A stretch of DNA of 64,000 nt from Burkholderiales bacterium (GTDB taxonomy: Bacteria; Pseudomonadota; Gammaproteobacteria; Burkholderiales; SG8-41), in NCBI GenBank assembly GCA_019634975.1, contig JAHCAI010000012.1, forward strand, positions 7,004 through 71,003, given 5' to 3'. How positions within the stretch are numbered: the stretch's first letter is position 1; each line of letters starts with the position of its first letter. The position numbers were made by a program, and so were the translations under genes. Of this stretch, positions 37,414-46,036 are shown in pieces. The notes beneath the pieces are model-generated. The model worked only from the letters and a program-made list of their open reading frames with translations, ran no database searches and was not told where the DNA came from.

Positions 37414-38178
37414 TCAGTCGCCGAACAGCGGATCGGTGAGGCGGGTAGCGACGCGCAGCCGCGGCGCGGCCGGTGCCGCGGGTTCGGCAAAAGCGGCCAC
37501 GACGCGCTGCAGGCGCTGCTTCTCGCCGAACACCTTGTTGGTGTAGGTGTCGTTGTCGTCGTTGAGGGCGCCGGCGTACATCTGCAGGGCAATGCCCAGG
37601 TTGCCGGTGCGGCTCAGGTATTCGCGGATGATGCGGGTGCCGACGCGGATGTTGGCTTCCGGATCGTAGACCGCCCGCTCGCCGCCGAACTCCGCGAGCT
37701 TTTCGCCATGGAAGCGGGGAATGATCTGCATCAGACCCTTGGCCCCGGCGACGCTTTCGGCGATGGGGTTGAAGCTCGATTCGATGCCGATCACCGCCAT
37801 GATCAGCAGCGGGTCGAGGCCGGCCTTGCTCGCCTCGGCGTGGGCAATCCGCACGAACTCGAGGGTGAGGTCCTGTGACACCTTGTAGCGCCTGGCCAGG
37901 AACTCGGCCAGGGCGACATGGCGTGCCGCATCCGGATGCGCGGCCGGCGCGGGATGGGAGGCCAGCACGCGGTCGGACACGGCCTTGGCCTCGCTCTCGA
38001 CGACGGCATAGGCCGACGACAGCCAGTGGGTTCCAAAACGTTCGTGGAGCAGCAGGGCCAGTGCGAAAAGGCAGGCGATCAGCGTCGCCAGCGTGGCCAG
38101 GCTGCGGGCCCGGTGCGGCGTCGCCGCCGGGTTCCCGGCAATACCGGGGGATGTTTCTGAGATCGATTTTGCAAACAC
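37414..38178 (-). CDS. lytic transglycosylase (SLT domain) protein
   Basis: 254 aa. GTG start with AAAGGAGG 6 nt upstream. N-terminal TM anchor. SLT catalytic region AVIGIESSFNPIAESVAGAKGLMQI. Confidence 0.8.
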   Translation of the reverse strand: MFAKSISETSPGIAGNPAATPHRARSLATLATLIACLFALALLLHERFGTHWLSSAYAVVESEAKAVSDRVLASHPAPAAHPDAARHVALAEFLARRYKVSQDLTLEFVRIAHAEASKAGLDPLLIMAVIGIESSFNPIAESVAGAKGLMQIIPRFHGEKLAEFGGERAVYDPEANIRVGTRIIREYLSRTGNLGIALQMYAGALNDDNDTYTNKVFGEKQRLQRVVAAFAEPAAPAAPRLRVATRLTDPLFGD

Positions 38179-38282
38179 GCAAAACCTCCTTTCGGGAGTA
38201 GCGCCTGCCCGGTGGCCGGCGCCTCAACTGGGGTTACCTCGCTACGGTAACGGGTGTCTCCTTAAAGACTCGTTCAGCCATC

Positions 38283-38335
38283 AACCACTATAGGTTGTGG
38301 GCTACTCAAAAAAACTGGCCAATTCTAGGTGGTCA
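38283..38335 (-). promoter_or_regulatory. candidate NrdR operator (two boxes) upstream of the SLT gene
   Basis: aaCCACTATAGGTTGTGG (38283-38300) and gGCCAATTCTAGGTGGtc (38318-38335). Same box sequences, order, orientation and about the same 33-nt spacing as the nrdA operator at 49125-49175. Confidence 0.45.
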
Positions 38336-38435
38336 ACCTGTGGACCGCAACCCTGAACCGCGTTTATCAGGCGATTCGGAGATCAGGCCGGGGCGGGAGT
38401 TTAACGGCAACCCCTGACGCAATGCAATAAAAATA

Positions 38436-38448
38436 TAACTTATTGATA
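38436..38448 (-). promoter_or_regulatory. IHF-consensus-like site (TATCAATAAGTTA on minus strand)
   Basis: Matches WATCAANNNNTTR within a very AT-rich spacer. Confidence 0.25.
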
Positions 38449-38597
38449 ATTAACAATAAATCATTATTTTTGCTGTCCGGCACAGGCGAGGGACCTGCAA
38501 AAGCCGGCTTTTTGAGCGGCGCTGCGGCAAAGAGTTCCCTATTCGTGACCTGGCGCCTGAGATTTATGAAAATATGTTTAAAAACAAATATTTATGT

Positions 38598-38810
38598 TTA
38601 TTCGACAGACTTTCCGGCAGCACTCTGCCGTGCCTCCCACAGACGAAGCGCTTCCTCGTAGTTGGTAAGTGCTTCCCAATATCTATCGTAGACACAGGGG
38701 TCGCATCCGCTCTGGCAGCACTCCCAGGGTTCCGGCTCGGGCGGCTTCTGCGGCCGCGGATCCTGCGCCTCCGGTGCCCCGGGCAGCGCTGATGCTGCGT
38801 CTCCGCTCAT
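38598..38810 (-). CDS. oxidoreductase-like-domain small cysteine-rich protein
   Basis: 70 aa from ATG 38810. EPWECCQSGCDPCVYDRYWEAL motif. ATGA overlap with the anti-sigma gene stop. Confidence 0.6.
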   Translation of the reverse strand: MSGDAASALPGAPEAQDPRPQKPPEPEPWECCQSGCDPCVYDRYWEALTNYEEALRLWEARQSAAGKSVE

Positions 38811-39592
38811 CGCGCCTCCGCCGGCAGGATGACATCGGGAAAACGCCGCCGGAACTCGGCAGTCAGGGCATCGGCATCGGCGCCGTGTCCGGCTGCGCGC
38901 AGCTCGGCGATGCGCTGCAGCCATTGTTCCGCGGGGGCTTCGGCGAGGTCGCGCCACAGGGCATCGGATGCGGGCGGGACTGACAGGGCCATGGATCGCG
39001 CGGGAGGGCCGGCCGGACGGTCTGCCAGCGGTGCCGGCGCCGAACGCAGCAGCGGTCGCGGCGCAGGCTCGAGGCGGGGGCCGGCGGCGTCCTCCGCCAT
39101 GGCCGCCGCGGCATCCGCGGCGGGCGGAGCAGCCGCGCGGGATTCAGGGCTGGCGGCCGACGGCTGCCGCACTTCGGCGCGGGGGGCCGGGGCCGCAGGT
39201 ACGGGCAATCGTTCGGCAGACCGCGCCGGCTGCGGGACCGGCGCCTCGGGCGGCGCCGCAGTCTGTGCCGGAGCCGGCGCAGGCGGCGGCGCCTCCGCCG
39301 CGGGCTTCTGCCGTTCCGCCGGCGGCAGCGGCTGCAACAGGACCTGCGGACGGTCGGCACCCTCCTCCCGCATCAGGGTCACCAGACTGACCGACAGCAC
39401 GAGCACTGCCGCGAGCGACAGCGGCAGCTGCCAGCGGCGCATGCCGCCGCGCCGCGGTCCGGCGGACACTTCGCGCCGCGCAACCGCGCGGATCGCGTCA
39501 TCGAGCGCGGGCGGCGGCCCGGCATCGGCCGTGGCGCGATACAGCGCCGAGAGCTGCGGATCGCGTTCCATGTCGGGCGGAGTCACTGCCAT
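38807..39592 (-). CDS. putative anti-sigma factor (single TM, Pro/Ala-rich periplasmic region)
   Basis: 261 aa. Overlaps the sigma gene stop (ATGGCAGTGA). TM WQLPLSLAAVLVLSVSLVTL. Position immediately after an ECF sigma gene. Confidence 0.6.
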   Translation of the reverse strand: MAVTPPDMERDPQLSALYRATADAGPPPALDDAIRAVARREVSAGPRRGGMRRWQLPLSLAAVLVLSVSLVTLMREEGADRPQVLLQPLPPAERQKPAAEAPPPAPAPAQTAAPPEAPVPQPARSAERLPVPAAPAPRAEVRQPSAASPESRAAAPPAADAAAAMAEDAAGPRLEPAPRPLLRSAPAPLADRPAGPPARSMALSVPPASDALWRDLAEAPAEQWLQRIAELRAAGHGADADALTAEFRRRFPDVILPAEAR

Positions 39593-40155
39593 GGCCGCAT
39601 CCCTTCGCGCAGCTTGGCAATGGCGTAGCGCAGGCGGCTTTTGGCGGTCTCGCGGCTGACGCCGGTCGCCGCGGCGATGTCCTCGACGCTGAGGCCGCCC
39701 TCCTGCTGCAGCAGGAAAGCCTCGCGCTGTTCCTGCGGCAATGCGTCGAGCAATACCAGCAGCCGCGCCGCCTGCTCGCGCGATTCGGCCTGGGCGTCGG
39801 GCTGCTCGGCACGCGGGGCCTCGGGCTCGTCCATCACGGCGGCGACAGTCTCATCGTCGAGCGAGACCTGGGCACTGTCACTGCGGCGGAAGTGGTCCAT
39901 CAGGCGATTATGGGCGATGCGGTAGAGCCAGGTGGCGAACTTCGCCTGCACCTCGTAGCCGGCGCGGGCGCGGATCAGGTTCATCCACACGTCCTGGAAC
40001 AATTCGTCGGCCAGCGCCGCGTTGCGGCACTGGCGCAGCAGGTAGCGGTAGACGCCGCCCTTGTGGCGGCCATAGAGCCGGTCGAAGGCGCCGGCATCGC
40101 CGCCGCGATAGGCCAGCATGAGCGATTCGTCGCTGTCATCGTCGTCGGCGGTCAT
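39583..40155 (-). CDS. ECF-subfamily RNA polymerase sigma-70 factor
   Basis: Start ATG 40155 (MTADDDDSDESLMLAYRGGDAGAFDRLY...). Region 2 (VYRYLLRQ...DELFQDVWMNLI, ATWLYRIAHN) and region 4 (REAFLLQQEGGLSVEDIAAATGVSRETAKSRLRYA). Confidence 0.88.
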   Translation of the reverse strand: MTADDDDSDESLMLAYRGGDAGAFDRLYGRHKGGVYRYLLRQCRNAALADELFQDVWMNLIRARAGYEVQAKFATWLYRIAHNRLMDHFRRSDSAQVSLDDETVAAVMDEPEAPRAEQPDAQAESREQAARLLVLLDALPQEQREAFLLQQEGGLSVEDIAAATGVSRETAKSRLRYAIAKLREGMRPWQ

Positions 40156-40224
40156 CACGGGAGGCGAGTATGCAGAAGCCTCCGCACACCGGCAACCCGC
40201 TGCAACCGCGACGGCCATGGCCGC

Positions 40225-41049
40225 TCAGCGCGGATCCGGTGCGAAACGTCCGGAAGACGCGGGCCAGGGATCGGGGCTCACGGCGACCGGCGCGCGGATG
40301 ATGCCCCGGGCGACGAGATTGCGATGACTGTCGTAATGGATGGTGATGAACTCGGCAGGCGTCGAAGTCGCGCGCTCGAACTCGGCATAGGTCACCACCG
40401 AGGTCTCGTGGCGGCCATGCCCGGTGCCCAGCCTCGGGGATTCCTGCGCGGCGGCAGCCGGGGCCTCCGGGCGCGGGACAGCGGAAACGCCCGCATCCGC
40501 GGCGGCCGGCCCGGCAGCGCTGCGCTCGGCAGCCGAAGCTCCCGGGGCAGACGCAGCGTCGCCGTCGTGGGGCTGTCGCGGAACATGCAGGACAGCCGGC
40601 TCCGGCTTGCGGCGAAACAGCGCAACGCCGATGACGCCGACATTGTCGGGGCGGCCGGTGCGTGCGGCATACGAATCCGGCAGGGCCGTGAAATACAATG
40701 CGGCGACACGGTCGAGACTCTTGCGCCAGCCCCGGATGCCGAATGACTGCCGCGGCCCGAGCACATAGCCGCTCTGCTGCCAGTCCGCCGCCTCTCCGGT
40801 GATGACGTCGACACCATCCACCGAGACCACGGCGAGAACCTCCGCAGACTGGCGGTTGCGCAGGCGGATCTCGTACTCGTTGCCGGGATTGCCCGCCACA
40901 TAATGGCGGCCCTGATGCCGGTAAACCGGGAGCACGCGGTTCTGCACACGGTCGTAAATTTCGACACCGGCCAGTCGGCCCGTGGCAGCCGACGGCTGCG
41001 CCAGCAGGCTGCCGGCCAGCATGGCGGCGACAGCAATCATGCGTTTCAT
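40225..41049 (-). CDS. secreted hypothetical protein
   Basis: 274 aa. Signal peptide MKRMIAVAAMLAGSLLAQPSAA. Sits directly upstream of the ECF sigma gene. No family recognised. Confidence 0.55.
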   Translation of the reverse strand: MKRMIAVAAMLAGSLLAQPSAATGRLAGVEIYDRVQNRVLPVYRHQGRHYVAGNPGNEYEIRLRNRQSAEVLAVVSVDGVDVITGEAADWQQSGYVLGPRQSFGIRGWRKSLDRVAALYFTALPDSYAARTGRPDNVGVIGVALFRRKPEPAVLHVPRQPHDGDAASAPGASAAERSAAGPAAADAGVSAVPRPEAPAAAAQESPRLGTGHGRHETSVVTYAEFERATSTPAEFITIHYDSHRNLVARGIIRAPVAVSPDPWPASSGRFAPDPR

Positions 41050-41149
41050 CAGAGCCTCCTCGGGTCAGTGCTGCAACGGGGCAGCGACCTCACTGCAAAC
41101 GCGGCGCCGGCGCGTTCGGGGTTAAGCACTGCTGTGATAGATTAAAACC

Positions 41150-41545
41150 ATGGATGAACTCGCTATCCGCAGCATGGCCAGGTGGCCCAGGGTGCCGGCA
41201 CGCTGCGGACTCGCAAAACATGCGGACTTGGCCCTGTTCGAAGGCGTGTGCGCTCACTCGCTGCGTTCGCCACGCGCCCGCCCATCGTTTCTCCAAGCCC
41301 CGGAGAGCCGCAGGCCCGTTTGCGGGCAGCAGCGTCAGACCGCCGGCTCCGCGGAGGCAACCCGGAATGGATGAGCTGGTACTCCGCGGCATGGCCAAGT
41401 GGCCCAACGTGCCGGCACGCTGCGGACTCGTTAGCCGAAGGCCCGTTTGCGGGCAGCAGCGTCAGACCGCCGGCTCCGCGGAGGCGACCCGGAATGGATG
41501 AGCTGGTACTCCGCGGCATGGCCAAGTGGCCCAATGTGCCGGCGG
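41150..41545 (+). repeat. triplicated gene start/leader (three copies of the first 50 nt of the downstream CDS; 217-nt and 127-nt periods)
   Basis: ATGGATGA(A/G)CT... begins at 41150, 41367 and 41494. Copies 2 and 3 differ at 1 of 50 nt. Copy 1 differs from copy 2 at 9 of 50 nt. A 54-nt pre-ATG segment (41313-41366 vs 41440-41493) differs at 1 nt. The copies create uORFs 41150-41374 (74 aa) and 41367-41501 (44 aa). Confidence 0.85.
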
Positions 41546-42090
41546 TCTACGGCTGGCTGTCGCTCAACCGCCGGGGCCACTGGCTGCTGAAGGGCGAACG
41601 CGTGACCAACCCGGGCATCATCGAATTCTTCGGCCGCAACTACAGCCACGACGACCTCGGCCGCTGGTTCATGCAGAACGGCCCGCAGCGCGTCTATGTT
41701 GCGCTCGACTACACGCCGCATGTGCTGCGCGTCACCCCCGGATCGCTGGCCCTGGCCTCACACAGCGGCGCAGCGGTCGGGGCCGTGGAAGGCGCCTGCA
41801 TCGACGATGCCGGCCAGCTGCTGCTCGACACTGATCTCGGCGTGGGCCTGGTGCACGACGCCGACCTCGGGCTGCTGCTGCCGCTGTTCGCGGCGCCGCG
41901 GGCGCTCGCCGGCGAAGCGGCGCTCGACGCAACGCTCGATGCGCTGCAGGCTGGGCGCGATGCGGGATTGATGCTGGACCTGGGCGGCTCAAATCTCCCG
42001 GTGCGCCCTGTTCGCGCTGCCGATGTGCCGGAGCGCTTCGGTTTCGTCGCGTGCCCGCGGCAGCCGGAAGGACAGGAAGAATGTTATTGA
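41494..42090 (+). CDS. conserved hypothetical protein (N-terminal WPNVPAVYGWL motif family)
   Basis: 198 aa in-frame part of track ORF 41182..42090: MDELVLRGMAKWPNVPAVYGWLSLNRRGHWLLKGERV... I recognise it as a conserved proteobacterial family but do not recall the DUF number. Confidence 0.65.
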   Translation: MDELVLRGMAKWPNVPAVYGWLSLNRRGHWLLKGERVTNPGIIEFFGRNYSHDDLGRWFMQNGPQRVYVALDYTPHVLRVTPGSLALASHSGAAVGAVEGACIDDAGQLLLDTDLGVGLVHDADLGLLLPLFAAPRALAGEAALDATLDALQAGRDAGLMLDLGGSNLPVRPVRAADVPERFGFVACPRQPEGQEECY

Positions 42091-42133
42091 CTCCGGTGCA
42101 TGCGAACATGCGCCCTCCGACCCACGACCACCG

Positions 42134-43177
42134 ATGAACACCATGATCGACCTTCGCACCGACACCGTCACCCGCCCCACTCCCGAGATGTTCGCCGCCA
42201 TGCAGCAGGCCACCCTGGGAGACGATTCCCGCGACGGCGATCCGACGGTGATGCGCCTCGAGGCGCTCGCCGCCGAACGCACCGGCAAGGAAGCCGGCCT
42301 CTACATGCCGAGCGGCACGATGACCAACCTGGTCGCGGTGCTCGCGCACACCTCGCGCGCAGGCGAGGTGCTGCTGGAGCGCGGCGCGCATATCCTCCAC
42401 ACCGAACTCGGCGGACTGTCCGCCGTCGCCGGCGTGTTCTACAAGGCGATACCGGGCAAGCGCGGCGCGATGGACGAGGACCTGCTGCGCGAAGCGGTGC
42501 GTCCGATGACCCGCAACAACTTCGGCACCGCGCTGATCTGCATGGAAACCACGCACAACGGCGCAGGCGGCGCCGTGCTGCCGCTCGTGCACATGCAACG
42601 CGTGCACGCACTCGCGCGCGAGCACGGCGTACCCGTGCACACCGACGGCGCACGTCTGTTCAACGCGGCAGCGGCGCTCGGTGTGACGGCCGCGGAAATC
42701 GCCCGGCACACGGATTCGGTCTGTTTCTGCGTGTCCAAGGGGCTGTCGGCGCCGGTCGGCTCCGTGCTCTGCGGCAGCCGGGCGTTCATCGAGCGCGCGC
42801 GCCCCTTCCGGCGCATGGTCGGCGGCAACCTGCGCCAGGCCGGGCTGATCGCCGCCGCCGGCATCGTTGCGCTGGAAACGATGGTCGGGCGACTGCCGGA
42901 GGATCACGCCACTGCGAAACGGCTGGCCGCCGGCTTCCATGCCATTGAGGCTACGCTCGCCGATCCGGCAGACGTGGAAACCAACATCGTGAGGGTGAAT
43001 GTCGCTGCCAGCGGCCGCAGCGCGGCGCAGTGGGCCGAGGATTTCAAGGCGCGCGGCATCGCCGTTAGCCCGGCCGATCCGCGTTCGCTGCGCTTCGTCA
43101 CCCACCGCCATATCGGCAACACCGAGGTGGATGCGGCCGTCGCGGCCTGTGCCGAGATCTGGCGGCAGAAGCACTGA
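42134..43177 (+). CDS. ltaE: low-specificity L-threonine aldolase
   Basis: Start ATG 42134 (MNTMIDLRTDTVTRPT...). GDDSRDGDPT, SGTMTNL and CVSKGLSAPVGS (PLP lysine) motifs. Confidence 0.88.
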   Translation: MNTMIDLRTDTVTRPTPEMFAAMQQATLGDDSRDGDPTVMRLEALAAERTGKEAGLYMPSGTMTNLVAVLAHTSRAGEVLLERGAHILHTELGGLSAVAGVFYKAIPGKRGAMDEDLLREAVRPMTRNNFGTALICMETTHNGAGGAVLPLVHMQRVHALAREHGVPVHTDGARLFNAAAALGVTAAEIARHTDSVCFCVSKGLSAPVGSVLCGSRAFIERARPFRRMVGGNLRQAGLIAAAGIVALETMVGRLPEDHATAKRLAAGFHAIEATLADPADVETNIVRVNVAASGRSAAQWAEDFKARGIAVSPADPRSLRFVTHRHIGNTEVDAAVAACAEIWRQKH

Positions 43178-43205
43178 GCCCCGCCACCGGCAGACCCTTG
43201 CGCGC

Positions 43206-43676
43206 CTAGCGCGCGGCTTCGTCGACCAGGTCAGCCAGCAGTTTTGCGACTGCCTGCAGGGAGCGCCGCGAGGCCTCGCTGCCCCCGCCCTCCGGCAGCC
43301 GATACGTCAGATACACCGTGCCCGGTGACTTCGGCAGCGTGTAGACCGCAATCGCGTAGGGACAATACGCGATGTTGTGCGGGTCTGCCTCCATCGTGTC
43401 GCGCGACAGGCGCGCGCTGCAGAACTCGAGAACCTCGGCATTGCCGTAGATGCGGCTCTCGCGGCCCAGGTCGCGGCCGGTGCGCTCCAGCATGTCGCCG
43501 ATCTTCGCGTTGTAGTTGATCACCAGTCCGCGATTCTCCAGCGCCATCACCACGCGTTCACGGACGTCAACGAAGCTGCCTTTCACCGTGCGCATCTGCA
43601 CGCCCGGTGATGCCGCGCCCGCGGTCCATGCAAACAGCATCAATGCAATGCACATCCAGCGTTTGACGATGTTCAT
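43206..43676 (-). CDS. DUF302-domain protein (secreted)
   Basis: Start ATG 43676 preceded by GGAGGAGG. Signal peptide, then a DUF302-like core (FVDVRERVVMALENRGLVI...YCPYAIAVY). Confidence 0.7.
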   Translation of the reverse strand: MNIVKRWMCIALMLFAWTAGAASPGVQMRTVKGSFVDVRERVVMALENRGLVINYNAKIGDMLERTGRDLGRESRIYGNAEVLEFCSARLSRDTMEADPHNIAYCPYAIAVYTLPKSPGTVYLTYRLPEGGGSEASRRSLQAVAKLLADLVDEAAR

Positions 43677-43969
43677 CTGCACCTCCTCCACCCATGGGGT
43701 CTATTTCCACATGCAGTGTAAGGCTTTTCCAGCCGCCCCGTAACTCGCCCGCAGCTTGCGTCAAACCCTCGGCGAAAAAATTTTTCGATTCTAACTAATT
43801 GATTAAAAACGATTTTTTCGGGTTAATCCACGGGAAACGGCGACAGGGCGCCTTGCCCCGGCGGGACGGATTGGTTATCTTTAGCGCCCTGCTGTCTGCG
43901 GTTGCGAACCGCCTCCCGCGACGGGCATCGGACTACTCCCGAGACCGATACCGCCGCAAGGTGCCAGTG

Positions 43970-44317
43970 TCAGGGCTTGCTTCCCATCGGGAACGGCCAG
44001 GCGCCTGGGATCGCAATCGGGCGTGGCGCCATCGGCGCCGGCTCCGGAGTCATCCGGCTCGCCGGTTTCGAAACCGCCGCGCGCTGTTGGACTGCAGGCT
44101 TCTTGACTGCTTTTTTCCTAGCCGGCTTTCGAGCCGGCTTTTTTTTGCCCGCTGCCGCGCCCTTGGCCTTCTTTGCGGCGCCCTTGCGCGCCGCCGCCTT
44201 GCGGCTTGCCGATTTCGCCGCAGCCCTGCGCACGACCTTCTTCTTCAGCACTTTCTTCTTCGCGGCCTTTTTCTTGGCCACTTTCTTCTTTGCAGCCTTC
44301 TTCTTCGCTTTTGCCAT
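43970..44317 (-). CDS. histone H1-like Lys/Ala-rich DNA-binding protein
   Basis: 115 aa from ATG 44317 (SD GGAGG): MAKAKKKAAKKKVAKKKAAKKKVLKKKVVRRAAAK... with a Pro-rich C-terminal tail. Confidence 0.7.
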   Translation of the reverse strand: MAKAKKKAAKKKVAKKKAAKKKVLKKKVVRRAAAKSASRKAAARKGAAKKAKGAAAGKKKPARKPARKKAVKKPAVQQRAAVSKPASRMTPEPAPMAPRPIAIPGAWPFPMGSKP

Positions 44318-44427
44318 TGGAACCTCCGTCAAGTCCTCCAGCTGCGCGGTCCGGTTCAGAGGCCCGCGCCGACCGGCGCGCCACGCTGCGACGCGCCCCT
44401 CCACACCACCCCAGCCTTCACCACCCG

Positions 44428-44733
44428 CTAATGCAATGCCGCCCCCGCCTTGTTTGCGAGATCACGGTACAGCAGATCCGGATCGACACGGATGCCGCCG
44501 CTCCAGGTCAGCACGTTCGAGACGGGATCAAAGGCCACGCGGCGGAACAACGCCGCATCGGACAGCACTTCGAGCGCGGTTCCCCCGACGAGATCGCCAA
44601 GGTAGACATGCCCCTCGAGCCCGTCATCGAAACGCAGCCAGAGCGTGCAGTTGTCCTCCGCGCGCAGTTCGGTGACCGTATGCAGATGAGGCCTGCGGCT
44701 GCGGTAACGCCGGAACTTCAGACTGAGTGCCAA
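44428..44733 (-). CDS. DUF2442-domain protein
   Basis: 101 aa with TTG start. TLWLRFDDGLEGHVYLGDL...FDPVSNVLTWSGGIRVDPDLLY is typical of DUF2442. Confidence 0.6.
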   Translation of the reverse strand: MALSLKFRRYRSRRPHLHTVTELRAEDNCTLWLRFDDGLEGHVYLGDLVGGTALEVLSDAALFRRVAFDPVSNVLTWSGGIRVDPDLLYRDLANKAGAALH

Positions 44734-44914
44734 GGATTCACCCCTTCATCGAGTTGGACAGCGGAATCGGAAAGGAAACCGGCGGCGCCGCCCTGCGGAA
44801 TCATCCGCAGGGCTCTGCGCCGCCGGTCGGGTCAGGCCCCCGTGTTCGGGCGGGATCAGGATGGTCGACAGCATGTTCGGTGCATGTCTCCGCAAATCCG
44901 CATCAGGGGATGAC

Positions 44915-46036
44915 TCAGTCCCACGACAGGGCACCGCCGGTCTGGTATTCGATGACCCGGGTTTCGAAGAAATTGCGCTCCTTCTTCAGGTCGATCATCT
45001 CCGCCATCCACGGGAACGGGTTCGTGGCCCCCTCGAACAGCGGGTCAAGCCCGATCTGCTGGGCGCGGCGGTTGGCAATGAAGCGCAGGTATTCCTTGAA
45101 CATCGCGGCATTCAGGCCGAGCACCCCGCGCGGCATGGTGTCCTCGGCGTAGCGGTACTCCAGCTCGACCCCCTTGTGGAACAGTTCGCGCAGCTCCTCG
45201 CGGAACTCGGCGGTCCACAGGTGCGGGTTCTCGAGCTTGATGGTGTTGATCAGGTCGATGCCGAAATTGCAATGCATCGACTCGTCGCGCAGGATGTACT
45301 GGTACTGCTCGGCGGCGCCGGTCATCTTGTTCTGGCGGCCGAGCGCGAGGATCTGCGCGAAGCCGACGTAGAAGAACAGGCCCTCCATCAGGCAGGCGAA
45401 GACAATCAGGCTTTTCAGCAGTTTCTGGTCGTTCTCCGGCGTGCCGGTCTTGAACGAGGGGTTGGTCAGCACGTCGATGAACGGGATCAGGAACTCGTCC
45501 TTGGCGCGGATCGAGGGCACCTCGTGGTAGGCATTGAAGATCTCGCCCTCGTTCAGACCCAGGCTTTCAACGATGTACTGGTAGGCATGGGTGTGGATCG
45601 CCTCCTCGAAGGCCTGGCGCAGCAGGTACTGGCGGCACTCCGGTGCCGTAATGTGGCGGTAGGTTCCGAGCACGATGTTGTTGGCCGCCAGCGAATCGGC
45701 GGTGACGAAGAATCCGAGGTTGCGCTTGACGATGCGGCGCTCGTCCTCGGTCAGCCCGTTGGGATTTTTCCACAGCTCGATGTCGCGGCTCATCTGGATT
45801 TCCTGCGGCATCCAGTGGTTTGCGCATGCCGACAGGTATTTGTCCCAGGCCCATTTGTACTTGAACGGCACCAGCTGGTTGACATCGGTCTGGCCATTGA
45901 TGATGCGCTTGTCGGCGACGTTGACCCGCCGCAGCTCCGCGCCGTCCGCGGAAGCCTGTGCCGGCGCCAGGCCGGCGTCGGCAGGCTGCCGCAGGATGCC
46001 GGCAGTGCCGGCGGAAGTTTCTTCAAATTGCAGCAT
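44915..46036 (-). CDS. nrdB: class Ia ribonucleotide reductase beta subunit
   Basis: 373 aa. Di-iron/tyrosyl radical motifs ([31 protein letters not shown]). Confidence 0.95.
   Translation of the reverse strand: MLQFEETSAGTAGILRQPADAGLAPAQASADGAELRRVNVADKRIINGQTDVNQLVPFKYKWAWDKYLSACANHWMPQEIQMSRDIELWKNPNGLTEDERRIVKRNLGFFVTADSLAANNIVLGTYRHITAPECRQYLLRQAFEEAIHTHAYQYIVESLGLNEGEIFNAYHEVPSIRAKDEFLIPFIDVLTNPSFKTGTPENDQKLLKSLIVFACLMEGLFFYVGFAQILALGRQNKMTGAAEQYQYILRDESMHCNFGIDLINTIKLENPHLWTAEFREELRELFHKGVELEYRYAEDTMPRGVLGLNAAMFKEYLRFIANRRAQQIGLDPLFEGATNPFPWMAEMIDLKKERNFFETRVIEYQTGGALSWD

Noticed and set aside
38443-38661. 72-aa ORFs in the AT-rich 38.4-38.8 kb spacer as real small genes
   Set aside because: No SD. 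Composition is dominated by the AT-rich spacer. They overlap the 3-prime end of the oxidoreductase-like gene on the other strand. The spacer more likely holds terminator (aaaagccggctttt at about 38501-38514) and promoter elements.
41150-41545. CRISPR array as explanation for the regularly spaced repeats
   Set aside because: Repeat units are 127 and 217 nt. They include a gene start and its leader. Only three copies are present and no cas genes are in the window. It is a tandem duplication, not repeat-spacer architecture.
44734-44914. Degenerate DUF4160 partner gene upstream of the DUF2442 gene (TA-like pair)
   Set aside because: The only ORF there (44746-44934, contains LIPPEHGG) does not match the DUF4160 pattern (HxPPHFH etc.) beyond a PP-x-H coincidence and is Arg/Pro-rich.
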